DNA of 64,000 bases from the NCBI GenBank assembly GCA_032718475.1, contig JAUCBJ010001555.1, positions 26,825-90,824 of the forward strand. Direction: 5' to 3'. Below, piece after piece: positions 30,894 through 44,492 of this stretch; position 1 is the stretch's first letter, and each line of letters begins with the position of its first letter. This stretch comes from Nemertoderma westbladi. Its lineage: Eukaryota; Animalia; Xenacoelomorpha. A program made the translations under genes and the position numbers. The notes below the pieces were generated by a model. It worked only from the letters and a program-made list of their open reading frames with translations. It made no database searches and had not been told where the DNA came from.

Positions 30894-33800
30894 GGTTACC
30901 CTAAAGACAATTTTACAATTTTATTTCACATTTCAACTATATTAGGATCATCTTCCAGTGAAATAAATGGTAACCCGAGAAAAATCAATTTGAGCGCCTC
31001 TCTTTCACAAAAAATGGGAGGGAACTTTCGTTGTATATGTATGAAATGTTATGTTATGAAATTATATGTTATGAAAATATGATATGACGGGACAATATTG
31101 GTAATTATAACTATCTATTATATCGATATAAAACAATGCGTTGTTGCTCTCCTACCCGGACCAGCGACCCAGACGAAAGGATTGAGTAAAATAACAAGGG
31201 CCGTCCATCATAAGGGAATAAATCTATTTGGATTTCTATTAGTTTTATTTTCAGTAAGGCATCTGTGATGAAAGATACTGTTACTTTATTTCACGCCGTG
31301 ATATATATAGCACCCGTGACATATAGCACCCCATAGCCAATCATTGAGTTACTTGGTTTCACGGCATATTTCACGCCGACTTGAAATGATTATTATTATG
31401 ATTAATAAGTAGATTTTTTAAAGCAATAATTTATGTTCTGTTTACATTCAGATTTTGTATTAATATCAAAAGGCTTGAATCATTTAATAATCCATGGCTC
31501 AATGCACTTATTCTAATTATGATTTTATTTTCCTATTCCTTTCCTATATCTAAGATCTATTGTATTGTAATGTAGCGTAGCCCTACTTGACTTCCATGAA
31601 AATAAAATAAATATATCTTATATCTATGGGACTTTTTATCTGCGGCCGGGTGAAATAGTGTAACTTGGAATATCCACATCCACTGAAGAATGGTATATGA
31701 AGGCAATTTAAAGGAATACATTTATTGTTTTAATTCTATATACATCCATTCTGATTACACAATGCCAGGCCCACAAACACCATTAGTTCTTAGTTCTGAA
31801 GATTCGGTTGGCCTCTTCAATTAAAGTGTAATAAGGTAGTTGACGAAATCACGAGCTTGCAACCTAACCGTCATATCGCCATTTTTATTATCAATTAAAT
31901 TGAGCGTGTATAATCAAAGTAGCTTCGCCCCCGCCTCTGAGTATAACTAGCAATGTAAATGTACCGGAGTTTGATTTCAATTAAAGAGACACTTGAAGAC
32001 TTCCATTATACTGTAAATTAATCATATAATAGAATATCAGTGGTGAATAATGTAACCTTGGATACTACCATAACTAATAGACACAGTTCGACTGACCTAG
32101 GGGATTGTCTGTGTTGGGATCAGTGGCATCAACACTTGAGAGGCCGTGGGACCCAAGTTATACCAACACCATACATACACGCGTTACACAGCCTCCGGTT
32201 CGATGTCGATTCAAGGACGTCTCGATTCCAACTGTGTTGGATTCGTTCTTCCATGATGGTCGTCAGTTGTTACGATTGTACGACGGTTTTTTTTTACATT
32301 TTAAATGAATAAATTATTTGAAAACAAGAACAATAAAACAGAATTCAGGGCCGAATCTATCCTGCGATGGCTTGTAAGTAAGTAGGCTCTAGTTGACTAA
32401 TTTTATGAAAGTCACTTTGGAATAATCTAGGCAGATCATGCGAGCTTATCTAAATATCATCCTTTCCTTTGTATTGAGATGAGAAGAGGGTTGGATAAAT
32501 GTTTTGTAATAAAAAACGACCAGTCCATTATTTTGAACTCTTCTAGGTCTAATTCAGTGAGGTACTGTAAACAACAGCATTATGCTCTAGGCTTACATCA
32601 ATGAAGAACATGATATTGTCAGTCTATGGCTCTCTGTTATTGGTTGAAGAAAAGGGTCTTGTTTTCACAATATGACTGCGGAAAATTTTCGCCCCCTTTG
32701 CCAATTCTCCCCCCCCCCCCCTCCAACAAAAAAACATAAAAAATAATATTTCAAAAATCGCCCCGTGGGCCTACACGCCTATGATTCTACCCAAAAATCG
32801 CCCCGTGGCGTGGGCCTACACGCCTATGATTCTACCCAAAAATCGCCAAGCTACATTGGTATCTATTATTGTAGAATGCCACATTTAATTTATCACAAAG
32901 CACAATGGAAATTAAACTTTATGCTGACATTAAACAATATTGTAGGTTTCTGTAAAATTCAAGAAACCAAAGGATTTATTAACGAAGCTTAGGCTTTATG
33001 AGTAACCCTATTACTTTCCACAGTTTCTAATGATTACATCAGTAGAACCTGGATAAATATTTCATAAAGACCGACTGGGGTGGGTTTCATGCAAATATAT
33101 TCTCGGCGAATTACTATGTTTAATTTAATGTTAATTTATCAAAAAAGGGACAGGAGCAGGTTACATTGACACATTATTCTAACCAAAACATTAAACAGAA
33201 GTCAATAGAAAAGGTTGCAGTTTTATTATTGAGAGTAATCAGCGGTTATTTCCGTAGATTTTTCCCCTGGAGAGCCAGGGATGAATTTTGTTTGCGTCAA
33301 AAGAGCCTTTTCTTTTACTGAAGCCTCCCTATCTGATAATGGGGGCGTTTCTCTTTAATGGCATAAGTTTAACACGGATCTTTAACTATCTTGTATTGGT
33401 GTTAGCTTTAGCTATAAACAAGTTGTCATTTTTGTACAATGGCAGTGTGATACTTGACAACTTGATTCTGCACCTCATTCATACCCCACGATACTGTTCG
33501 AGAACGCTATAGACACAAATACGATAATTGAACATGTAAAAATACAAAACCCATAGGCTTTTTGTTTAGGCTTTCTGTGAAATGGACGACTTTTTGCAGA
33601 AAGCCTAATTTATCATAAAAAACTGTTCACAGATATCTAAAGTTTTAATGGTATTCGAAGGTTACTTTTAATATGCACGTGGTGTGAACGAAAGGCCCTG
33701 AAAATAACAGAATACACACCTTTAAAATATTACAGAATATGCGATGTTGTGTTAGTAACCATGACGTTCTCACCTAGACCTGAATGTCCAACTTACTAAG

Positions 33801-34409
33801 TGGCGCTCAAAAAGAAACCCTAATTGAATGAATATATTAAGGAACCATTCAAAACAGTATAATAATCCTTCTGAAATACTTAAATAAAACCTTGTTGCTC
33901 TGTTTATCTAGAACAGGTTTTTATCGTTTATGTTGTCGGCTATTTCTTCACCAGTGATTATAATGTCGTGTGAATTTTACGACCCCATGTTGAACTGATG
34001 GGCTTTCATGTCTTTGTGTCTATTGATTAAGACGCACCTCCCCTCGGGCTATTGAGGTGCCTTTTGAGAAGTACAGGTTGGCCTGCTGGAGACCAGATGC
34101 AGCCTGAATGTAGTAAACTCATCAAACATCAGCATTGTCTGTTTGTACAGTATTCTTGTAGTGGGGCCAAAATGAAACGGAAATTCCGCCTTTACATGGG
34201 AATTTCGTGTCAGTACACCATGTTCTTTCGTCAGAAAACAAATGGTTTTTTTTAGTTTTAAGTAACCTTAATTAATACCCAACTTATTTCGTTGTCCTTG
34301 TTTAATCAATTACCTTTAATTTACATTTCTCTGGGTACAGAGGTACCTAAAAATAGTGTCAGTGAAGTGACGCAAAGTGAATCAAAGAGACTAAGTAAGC
34401 ATCACGGTT

Positions 34410-34510
34410 CAGAGGAGAAGGGAATTGTTTTAGAGGAGAATGCACTTGTTTTACAGGAGAAGGCACTTATTTTACAGGAGAAGGCACATATTTTACAGGA
34501 GAAGGCACTT
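34410..34510. repeat. 21-bp tandem repeat (TTTTACAGGAGAAGGCACTTG-like), ~5 copies
   Basis: Directly visible. Confidence 0.8.
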
Positions 34511-35810
34511 GTTGTCTTACATTGAAATAGTATACCTTTTGTTACTTTTACCCCTTTATCAACAACGGCAATGGCTCACGTAACCCATTGATCACTCTAT
34601 CCGGATCTACCCTGCTATACTGTCACCTAAAGCTACCGATCACTGTAACCGCTGCGCTGGGTGGATCAGCACTGACAGGAGGGGCAGCACTGGCTGCTCA
34701 AGGACAGTGGAATTAAGAACTTGGAAAATGTCTGGATATCTCGGAGCGCCATTGTTTTTGGTGCTGTCTGGATTGCACATTAGTGTAAACCGATCATGGC
34801 AAGACCACTCATCAGGAACTGCATTGGTAAATGAAATCACTTCTCACTTACTAATTGAACCCCATTCATATACTGTAGTCACGTGTATCTCTCGAGTAGG
34901 GTGCTCATAACTGGATCTCGGACTAAAAACGATGATAACAAATATGTTTAATTCATAATTATTGAACGGATTTTAAGGTTTATAAAATATAACAAATACG
35001 AATAATTTAATATGCGGCGCACAGAGTATCTAAATTAACATGAACCACCAACATTGAAACTCATAAATTTATTATGAATATCGAAACAGGTGCTGCTAGC
35101 TATAATTAATGAAGTACCTACTAGTAATTAAATATTATTTAAACAATCAAATAAAAAAAATAGTAAAATCTAACATCATGGCATACCAACATGGCAAAAG
35201 GACTGCTCTCTTAAAAAATATATCTGAAAGCTTTCGAACTCTCATCGTTCAAAAAGGCAATAATGCTTATAATGCTTATTTCTATTATAAAAATATATTA
35301 TTATGGGATCTTATGAGTTCTTTTCACTCAGTGTGTACTTTGTACTGTACCATGCCGGTATGTTATTTGTACTATACCTGAATGCTGAACCTGGTACTGG
35401 TACTATACTGCGCACTGCGCAGTCAATAAATTCAACTAAACTAAACTAATTTATTATTCCGGCTCTGTATCGTATTTTTTAGCCGCTTGAATTATTTTTT
35501 GAACGAATTTCAATGAGCTAATCAGTTGTACCTGGTTTTCTTAAATATAAATTTAGGACTCACGTACACCATTTGGTGGAGAGTAGATCTATTTAGTTAA
35601 TTGAAGGAACGGAATAAATAAATTGATTAAATGGTTGTGAATTGTTGAATAAGTTTGCGCAGTTATTTGTACTGTACCAGGAACTTCTACCATCTACCAG
35701 TGAACCCACTTAAATATAAATTGGAAAAATTGTACATTTTTACTGGGAACACTCCTTACTGCAAAATTTAGAAATAAAGGTAAATAAAAATAAATAGAAA
35801 TTAATAAGTC

Positions 35811-36590
35811 TTACAAAGAATTCCAGGGCATATAGTAAGGTGAAATAGTTGTCGGTTGGGCTTGATTCGATTGTTCACTAGCTAGTATATTAACTGGACT
35901 GGTTGACTGCTCTACTACTTTGGGTCTAACAACAATGGGAGTCGTTGATTGGTTGACCTGGTCGTTCCTGACCATCTCACTTGGTGGAACCATTGCTGGT
36001 ATAGGTATCTCACAACGGTTCTTTTTCGCTGGCGATTTCAAGGAAACCAACTTCGGTTCGTCTTTCCCTTCTAGGAGGTCGCTCATAAATGATATATAAA
36101 TGACGGCGAGTTTAAGTGTTTGAATGCGACTGATGGATTTCTCGTGGTGGAAAATGGGAACTTTAGTTCTGAGTTGATCGAATGCCTCATTCAAACTGAA
36201 CATTCGTTTCCTTTCACGGAGATTAGCGGCTGTTCGTTGTATTGGGGTTGTAACGCGGCGACGTTTCCTTTTCGTCGTTATTGGGAAGTTGGAGGGAAGA
36301 ACCGGAGGCGGGAAAGACATTAACGACGGGTCTCGGAAACAGGCATACCCGTTGCTAGGGTAACCAGGTGGTGGGAGCATTGCATCGCTGTAGGAAGACC
36401 ATGGTTGCTGATAGGCGCCGATCGGTCCACAAATGTTGTTATTATGATTTACCATCGCCGAGTTATCCACATTCAGACTATTTTCAACCATAGTTACCGT
36501 GGTGTTATATGTATATTGGAAGTTGTTGTTGTTTGTAGTATTGTATACAAGATCAGGGTTAGCATTAAACTCTTCCATAGTGTATGACAT
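35811..36590 (-). CDS. Fer3: Fer3/Nato3 (FERD3L)-like bHLH transcription factor, single exon
   Basis: [64 protein letters not shown] closely follows the Fer3/FERD3L bHLH consensus. Confidence 0.88.
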   Translation of the reverse strand: MSYTMEEFNANPDLVYNTTNNNNFQYTYNTTVTMVENSLNVDNSAMVNHNNNICGPIGAYQQPWSSYSDAMLPPPGYPSNGYACFRDPSLMSFPPPVLPSNFPITTKRKRRRVTTPIQRTAANLRERKRMFSLNEAFDQLRTKVPIFHHEKSISRIQTLKLAVIYISFMSDLLEGKDEPKLVSLKSPAKKNRCEIPIPAMVPPSEMVRNDQVNQSTTPIVVRPKVVEQSTSPVNILASEQSNQAQPTTISPYYMPWNSL

Positions 36591-36685
36591 TTAGGTTGTG
36601 TCTGATCTTTCTGTTTCTTTGCAAAAAAACTATTTACTAAGATTGTTAATAATAAATTAATGCTATATCTCGCAAAAGACTCATT

Positions 36686-36786
36686 TTTTATATAAATTAA
36701 CTCACTATGTTTTAATTTATTTATGTCGTTATTGGACGACAATAGTTAGGCTGATCGGGCTATTCAAGCATCAGCTTCGCCATTGG
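36686..36786 (-). promoter_or_regulatory. Candidate promoter of the Fer3-like gene (TATA plus two CCAAT boxes)
   Basis: Minus-strand TATAAAA at 36686-36692, ~100 bp before the ATG; CCAAT at 36731-36735 and 36782-36786. Confidence 0.45.
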
Positions 36787-39657
36787 CTAGTTAGAAATGA
36801 TTTATTGCATTACCATAACTGACTGAAGGTTGGTTGGCTGTTTGGCATACTGTGTGTACAATTGGGGCCCTTTGTTGTTTGTACTGGATGCACTGAACTC
36901 ATGTGCTGCGTGGTGCGTCACATATGTGTATGATAATTCTTTATTTTGACTTTCCCCTTCCATTTTCCCCAATTCACACTTCCGGCGGCGGCAACTGGAA
37001 CCTGGCTTCTACTGCGGGAGTCCTGCTTTACGGTTAACAGCCAAGATCGGGTTCCATCTACGGTGTCTACTTTTAGAGTTTAGTTTATCAATAATTAAGA
37101 AAAGTTTTATTCGGCCGCTAGGCCAGGGATTACCCACAAAGTCTGACGACCTACTTCCAGCGCAATCAGTCACCCTAAAAATATAGTCTCCAGAAGATAT
37201 AATTGGTACTCACTTAGTTACCATGTAGGGAAGTATGCGAGGCAGAGAGCAAGTCAGTTTCCAGCGAACTTTTCCGTAGTTCCACCAACGTGAAACTCCC
37301 CTTTCTTTACCAACAAGGCGAGTTTGTAACTTTCCTGCATACTCCATCATATTTCTCGTTACAAATTGCTCCACTAATTCACCACTCCCACTCCCTATTC
37401 TTATACGCCACAGTGCCCACAGTAATGTATATCATGTAATAAATATAAAATAAACCAGTATACCTACTTGTCTTTGAGTTTCTTCATCTTATTTAAGTAT
37501 CATTGTTCACCTGTATTCTGACCACGAGGTTGTGGGCGGTCTACCTGGGTCCGAAGTCCAACCGAAACTGAGACAGGGGGGGGGGGGGGGGGGGGGGGGC
37601 TGGACGCATATCCCAACTTGGCAAATTAATATCCGCCTCAATTTAGGGAAAGGAGCAGGTTACAGTGGCGCGATATTTTAACCAAAACAATAAACTAAAA
37701 ACAATAGAATAGGTTACAGTTTTATTTTTGGAAGTAATTTCCCCTGGAGAGGGGTACATTTTTATTGCGCCGAGTCCACCCCCCCCCCCCCCCCCCTGCC
37801 GAAACTACTTCATGTAGCATAAACCTCTTTCAACTGTAACGGGAATGTGTTTCCTATAGAGATAATGGCTTATGATCGATAGACTGGAAAGGGGCGTCAA
37901 AGCAGTTTAAAGTCTACGCCCCATGTGCCTTAATCTAATCCATATTAATCCTGTTATTATGCGTCACTAAGTTATATTCTTAAATTTCATTGAAAGAACC
38001 GATTCTGAATTACAAAGGGGTACATAAAAATAAAATACCCTGTCTAATTTGGTATAACTTTACTCTCCACCAACACAGTTTAGCTCCAATAGGTGATAGA
38101 ATTGAGAGTTTAAGACGCCATTACGTTGGGGCTGATTTAATCAAGTCCTACGGCTATGAATTAATCACTATCAACCGATTGCTTCGCTTTTCAAGAGAAA
38201 CCTGGCCCCTGGCAACAACGTCATTCCCGACATTTTATGTGTTGCGCAGCAACATACTCAGTATACAATTCAATGAGGGGCATTACAATGCAGGTTATTG
38301 CTGTAGGACACTTATATTATTTTGTTGAAAGGTTATGTATGTTTATTGCTGCAGCGCAGCAGCTTTGAAAGTGTCCGGATACTCCGAACGAGACAAGCCT
38401 ATAGTGCTGAGAATGCACTGAGAGGTTCACACTTCGCATCAATTGCAATACCGCCCAAAATTCCGCAAAAATTATTACATTAGACCGCCATGACTTGGGG
38501 TTAAGGTTATGTAACACTTTTCATCATGATTTATGGCAAAAACAAACAAACATAATACATATTTTATCTAAAAAATAAACATTTTCTCATGTATATTTTG
38601 TATAAAAGTACGGATTTCTCTCATTTCAAGCTTTTGCAGATTTACCATTGTTGCCTGTTCTTCAAAAGCTTGAAATGTATTATATTCGCACGCGCCGGCC
38701 CATTATCATCAAGCAGAAACGTGATTGGCGCAAATTTGTGGTGCTGCTTCCCAGTGGATAGTTACTGGTATCTCTTTGTTTCATTGTACTTTCCATCTCC
38801 CTTTGGGAATTCAATCTCTAAATGACATCTCTTGTATTGGCCTCCTGATAATGCCTCCCTTCGTGAGGCGAATTATCAATTAACATTAATGTTTCTGCTA
38901 ATATTGCTTCTTTCCGAAACTTTTTATTCGAGAACCATTACTTTATGTTCTGCGTCGTTCTCATTAGGTCCTGCTGCATCAGTAGGTCCTTTGGTGTGGT
39001 GTCATGTCCTGGTGTCGTTAAGAGATAAGGTTACAGCAGTGCACAGTATTAACATGTTATTCTAACCAAAACAATAGTAGTAACGAAAGTCAATAGCACT
39101 TAATCAGCTGTAAATAGAAATGAAACCTGCTGTATTACGCAGGACCAAACGATGTAGGACCTAATGACGCAATACCCCCCTGCTTAGTGCTGCTATAGTG
39201 GGGGAGCTATAGTGACACAGTCTACATAGCATTCATAGCAAACGTTCAAACTAAACGTTCAAATAAACGGACATATTTTTGATGAGAAACTTCCATTGTA
39301 TTAAATTGAAGGGGTTGCTTGTTTCTATTGTCTAGTCACAAAAGCCACCAACACCGGGACCCATGATTAAGTAGTTACTGGCGCCATTGTAGTAGGTGTG
39401 TATATCTACCGTGCTAACCGGTCATACATGAACAGAAGCAGAATGATTGGTTCAGAACGCCGTTCCTTGTACGTCACTGTCACTAAAAATCGTTGTTGTT
39501 CCCAGGAAAGTCCTTCTTCTCTTACAATCTCCGATCATATTGATCCGTCAATTACTTTGCATTCAACCACGGCAGTGGTGATGGTAATGGTTTTATGATT
39601 AGAAAATCTATGAATAATAATAATTAGAGTTTATTGCCTGGTATATAAATGTAAAGC

Positions 39658-39689
39658 CATGACCTACTATAGATAGGATGTAGGTCATG
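39658..39689. mobile_element. 32-bp mini-MITE with 10-bp TIR CATGACCTAC and 7-bp TSD GTAAAGC
   Basis: GTAAAGC|CATGACCTAC...GTAGGTCATG|GTAAAGC. Confidence 0.65.
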
Positions 39690-40049
39690 GTAAAGCGATA
39701 TTATTTACTGGGGATACTTTATTAACAGTGTGTCGTGTGTAGCGAAGTTAATAAAGGATCAGGAGCATGACAATTATAGAAAAAGGCATTAAGAATATTC
39801 CTAAATTAATTATTGGTATTGGTATTGATTGGTACTGCTACTTTATTTTCGTTTCTACTGTGTTCTAGGTAAGTACTCCTCACGCCCTATCTTTTTTTTT
39901 TTATAAAATAGCAAGTTTTCCAGTTTTTTTTCATTCGAAAAATTTGTTTTGTATTCATTTGATTTGTATTTACTATTAAGTGCCTGTAATAAAAAAAATC
40001 AGAATAATGGGTATTGGCTTGGTTAGTGACTAGGTATCGCAAAGTGATG

Positions 40050-40435
40050 GGGTGACTACAAAACAAAGACCCAAATAATAAAGACCTGCATAATATTGTA
40101 AGATGTAGTAACATTCGTTTATTGTTTTTGTTCCCCCAACACGCCTCTGTAAGCTGCTCCTTTACTAACCTGCTCCTTTAAATAGCAATGACACCTAACG
40201 ATCTTTGGAAGTTGGGACCTGTACAAAACAAAGATGTAAAGTCGAGTTACGTTACGTAACGCAACTTTACGTCCCAAAGAGAGTTGGGTCCCATTGCCAT
40301 AGAGCGTTAGGTCCCATAGCCATTTAAAGGAGCAGGTTAGTAAATAAGAAGGTTACAGAGGTGTGTTGGGGGAACCAAAACAATGTTAACACTTGTGTTT
40401 TGTACAGGTCTTTAGTCTTTGTTTTGTAGTCACCC
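40050..40435. mobile_element. Mutator-like palindromic MITE with 9-bp TSD AAAGTGATG
   Basis: TIR GGGTGACTACAAAACAAAGAC; long nested inverted repeats; TSD at 40041-40049 and 40436-40444. Confidence 0.85.
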
Positions 40436-41431
40436 AAAGTGATGGTATGTATTATGTTGATGCATTCCTGGGCTACAACTTGGTTGAAGGCGATTCCTTA
40501 AAGTCTAGCGAGTTTTAAGTACATTTGTAAAGGTCATCTTAGGTCAAAGGTCAAGTTGTAATTGCTCATTTAAATAAAGCAATTCCAATTTCATAAATAG
40601 TTAACGGAAACCCATCTTCATTAATCTATAGTCGTATATATATAGTATAAAATCTTTAAATAAACAGAGCCAGTTAAAATGAATATACAACAATGTCGAC
40701 ATTATTGTATTTCCCCTTCCCGTTTCTGTTGTTGTAAACTTTTTAATGGTTTGACCTACGGCCTCAAGTTGAGTCTCGTTTCGGAACAACTAAAGCATAA
40801 GCTTCGCAATAAAATGTAGTTACAATGTCTATCTGGTGTAATAAAGGTCTGCATGTAATTCAGTTTGTCTTTTGTGACCTTTTACTTGTATATGAGAGTT
40901 GAAGTAACGTAGAGGAACAGTTTTATATTTGTAATAAACATAATTTATTGTGATCAATATAAAACATTTAGCATTAAGACGTAGCCAATTGGGAGCCACC
41001 AATAATACATCAATGATTGCTCATGTTTGCAATTATTATGGTTCATACCAACATTTATCTGCATGTTATCATAATAGGGCTGGTGCGCGAAAAATTGTGG
41101 GGCTAGAAACATTCGAATAAGGGGTAACAATGTGCTCTGAATCGAATGGAGGGGTGTGTTTTTTGTAAAAACACGAGGAAACGGTCTAAATGGCGGGTTT
41201 AAGTAAGAGCGGGAAGCCAATTTTGAAAATCGGCTGTGATTGGATGCTACATATTTGACGTCATTACGCAGTGCATTACGCTGTGCAATTTTTTCGCGCA
41301 CCAACCCTATTATATGTCATAGGGTCAACTCAAAAAAATGTTGCAGACTATCGAGCTGTTTAAACAACATCATGGAAGGCAAGCATCGTGTGTTGCCTGT
41401 CGATTTGTGGGTTTATAGCGAATGTTTATAG

Positions 41432-42736
41432 GGATCTAGGACACTTCCCCCCCGGACACTTCCCCCCCCGCCCAAGTAGGACACTTCCCCCCCGGACACT
41501 TCCCCCCCGGACACTTGCCCCCCGGACACTTCCCCCCCAGTTAAAGTGTTAAAAATAATCTGGGTGCATCAAAGCAATAAACAAAAGTTAAAGATGGTTA
41601 CAGGACAAGTTGTATCTAGACAAGTTTTTTCAAAATTATAAAAGAAACATTTTTATAATCCAATTTTGTTTGTTTTTCTTTTAATTCCTTTAATTTCTTT
41701 TAATTTCTTTTAATTGGGGGCTGCCGCCCCCAAACCCCCGCTTCTTTTGTTGGGGGCTACCGCCCCAAAACCCCCGCTTCTTTTCTTGGGGGCTGCCGCC
41801 CCCAAACCCCCGCTTCTTTTGTTGGGGGCTACCGCCCCAAAACCCCCGCTTCTTTTCTTGGGGGCTGCCGCCCCCAAACCCCCGCTTCTTTTCTTGGGGG
41901 TTATCGCCCCCAGGCCCCGGCATTTCCCTGAATGCCCGTGGTGAAAGACTTAAGACCACTTTGAAATAATTAATTCATGTTTGTATCATCAGATAATAAA
42001 TTGACTAAGCCTAAAGTATGAGCTGTATTGAATGTTAACCAATTTAATATATAAATTACTACAATATTATATAATTCAACAAAATCCTATTAAAAATATT
42101 GCAAGTAACCAGGAAATTTAATATGTAGTGTATATAATATCTATATAGTATGTATAGTAGTAATATATATATCAATATGTAATGCTGAACACAAAATACA
42201 GGTCGACCGACGCATGTCGATTTTACCCTGGAGAGGTATAATTTTGATTGCAACAATAATATTCATCCCCATCTGCTACAATTTGAAGAAGACTATTACA
42301 TAATATTACCTATAATTAAAACAATTAATTATTATAATTCTATAGTTAATAAAAACAGTATATCATTCCGGGGATGGAATTTATAGGTCATCTAATATAA
42401 TTAATTGTTTAAAGATTAGCAAACAATACGATGTAATTGCATTGATAAAACCCATAAATAAAACTTGGATATAAAATGTAAAATCGGGATGCAAAAGATC
42501 ACTTTCTGAGCTACGAAAGGAAAATTGGATACAACTTATCTGGATACAAGCGGTCCGTTTACCTTACAAAATGAAAAACACGAATGTGCGAAGTTAAGAA
42601 CAGTCGGGGGGGAAGTGTCCGCGGGGGGGAAGTGTCCGGGGGGGAAGTGTCCGGGGGGGAAGTGTCCTACTTGAGCGGGGGGGAACTGTCCGGGGGGGGG
42701 GGGGGGAAGTGTCCGGGGGGGAAGTGTGCGAACACC
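41432..42736. mobile_element. Foldback/Mutator-like non-autonomous element with tandemly repeated TIRs (GGACACTTCCCCCCC)n and an internal 36-bp array
   Basis: Repeats at 41439-41540 are inverted at 42605-42730; 8-bp direct repeat GTTTATAG on both flanks; 36-bp units at ~41713-41905. Confidence 0.85.
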
Positions 42737-43814
42737 GTTTATAGTGATGGGACCGGTTGGTAAGCTTACTGTTTTGTTTAGTAATAGGACTAATATAATG
42801 GCTGTTAAATGTTAACAGTTAGTAGGTGGTAGTGGTGGGGCAAGGAAGGTTTGAGCGACAGTGTTATTATCAAACTTTTTGAGGTAGAGTAGAGTGTAGA
42901 GAGGCTTCCTCCCTGCCTGTCAATTTCCACCGACTGAAAATTGAAATTGCACCAACTTAAATTGAAACGGTTCAACTGTGCATGTATTAGTAATAATTTA
43001 TATTATTAATAAAAAATAATAATTTATTACATTGGAAAATAACTAGAACTCATTTTCGTTATTCTCGAGACATTTTATTTACCGATCGTCAGAGAGTTTA
43101 ATAAAGGGTCGAGAGAATATTGAAAAAAACATTCTACGTTTTTTCCCATGTAATACATCAATTTATTCTTAAATTGGTACTTTTTGTTGCTCAATTCTTT
43201 AATAAAAATATAGAACGATATAGTGTTACAAAATAATTTTAACTGCAGTATTTTACTATATTGCTTCCATTCATTCATATATAGTCACTGAGATTCAAAT
43301 TATTGTACTCTTCAACTCCTAAGCGTTGCCTTATTAAAAGGTTTAATGTTCTCGAATATTAATTACGTAACTAGGGGGCCGCTTAACTACATAAATCAAT
43401 ATTGGATATAGAGTTCGGTTTTGGAGTACGCACACACTAAAGTTGCAATAACTTTTGAGTGTGTGAATGGATTTTGCTCAAATTACGTGCGCAACCCTAT
43501 GGGTTACTTTATCTCATTAGGGAAAAACGTGAAACTTTTTCTCCCGATTTTGGGGTATATTCGAGCGAAAAAGTAACAATTTAAGAATAAATATTATATT
43601 ATATTTATATGCGGTGGTAATTTTAATAGTATTGTAAATTTTTATTAAATTATTAAATTATTAAAACTAAGTATAAATATTTAATACGAAGTAGTAGGCT
43701 ACATTACTTTATAAAAGTTCACAAAAAATTTCAATTGAACAATTATTATCTTTTTAATTATTTGAATTGAATTCTATGTTTTTTTAAAGGAATCCAGTTC
43801 TTAATTACTGTAGA

Positions 43815-44492
43815 TACTACTACTACTACTAGGATCGGCATGCTGCATTGCAGCTGCATTTTTAAGAATGCTGTGCCGGCTTATCGACAAAATTGCACCG
43901 CCACAACTCCCTATCACCCATGACATTTGCTAGATCGTCCGCATCTTCAAGGCCAGTGTCCTTTAAGATGCGTCTCAAGAAAGTCATGGGCTGTCCACCA
44001 TGCTTATTCACTCCATGAGGCTGCCAAAGTACAAGATTATGCACTGGCTGGTCCTCACGGCGAAAGCAATGTCCTGCAAAGCGGAGGCGATTTTGTTCTA
44101 GTGTCAAGCTTGGGGGAACCAATGAGACACCGCCAATGTTATATAGTGTCTGGTTGGAGATGTGTGCATTGTACTTGACACAATGAACCCGGCGTAGCAT
44201 TCTTGTGAATGTGCCATCCAGAGATTTGGTGTCCTCAGCAGTTAGAGCCCAGCATGGACTCCCATAGAGGAGTACTGGAACTACTGCTGCTCTAAATAAA
44301 CGGACCTTAAGTTTCCGATTAATTCTCGGTGACTTCCAAATCCTGGAAAGCCTATTCAGGCTGCCCATGCCTTTCCCTTACGTATTCGAAGGTCCTCACC
44401 TGACTTCCGGATCCATGATCCCAGGTAACAGAAGTCATCCACATGCTCAAGCATACCATCTTTTGAGCTTATGCTCATCCGATCAAAGACTT
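43815..44492 (-). mobile_element. 3' fragment of an RTE-clade LINE (RT C-terminus) with (TAG)n tail
   Basis: LEHVDDFCYLGS, then a frameshift, then KLKVRLFRAAVVPVLLYGS...RLRFAGHCFR...DRELWR; tail at 43815-43831; ends where the LTR of element 2 starts. Confidence 0.88.

Noticed and set aside
34780-34820. Minus-strand CTGATGA followed by a short stem (hammerhead-like)
   Set aside because: The required GAAA core is missing (GATC instead) and stems I/III are not evident.
41690-41959. KKRGFGGGSPQE repeat ORF
   Set aside because: Translation of a 36-bp array inside a foldback element.
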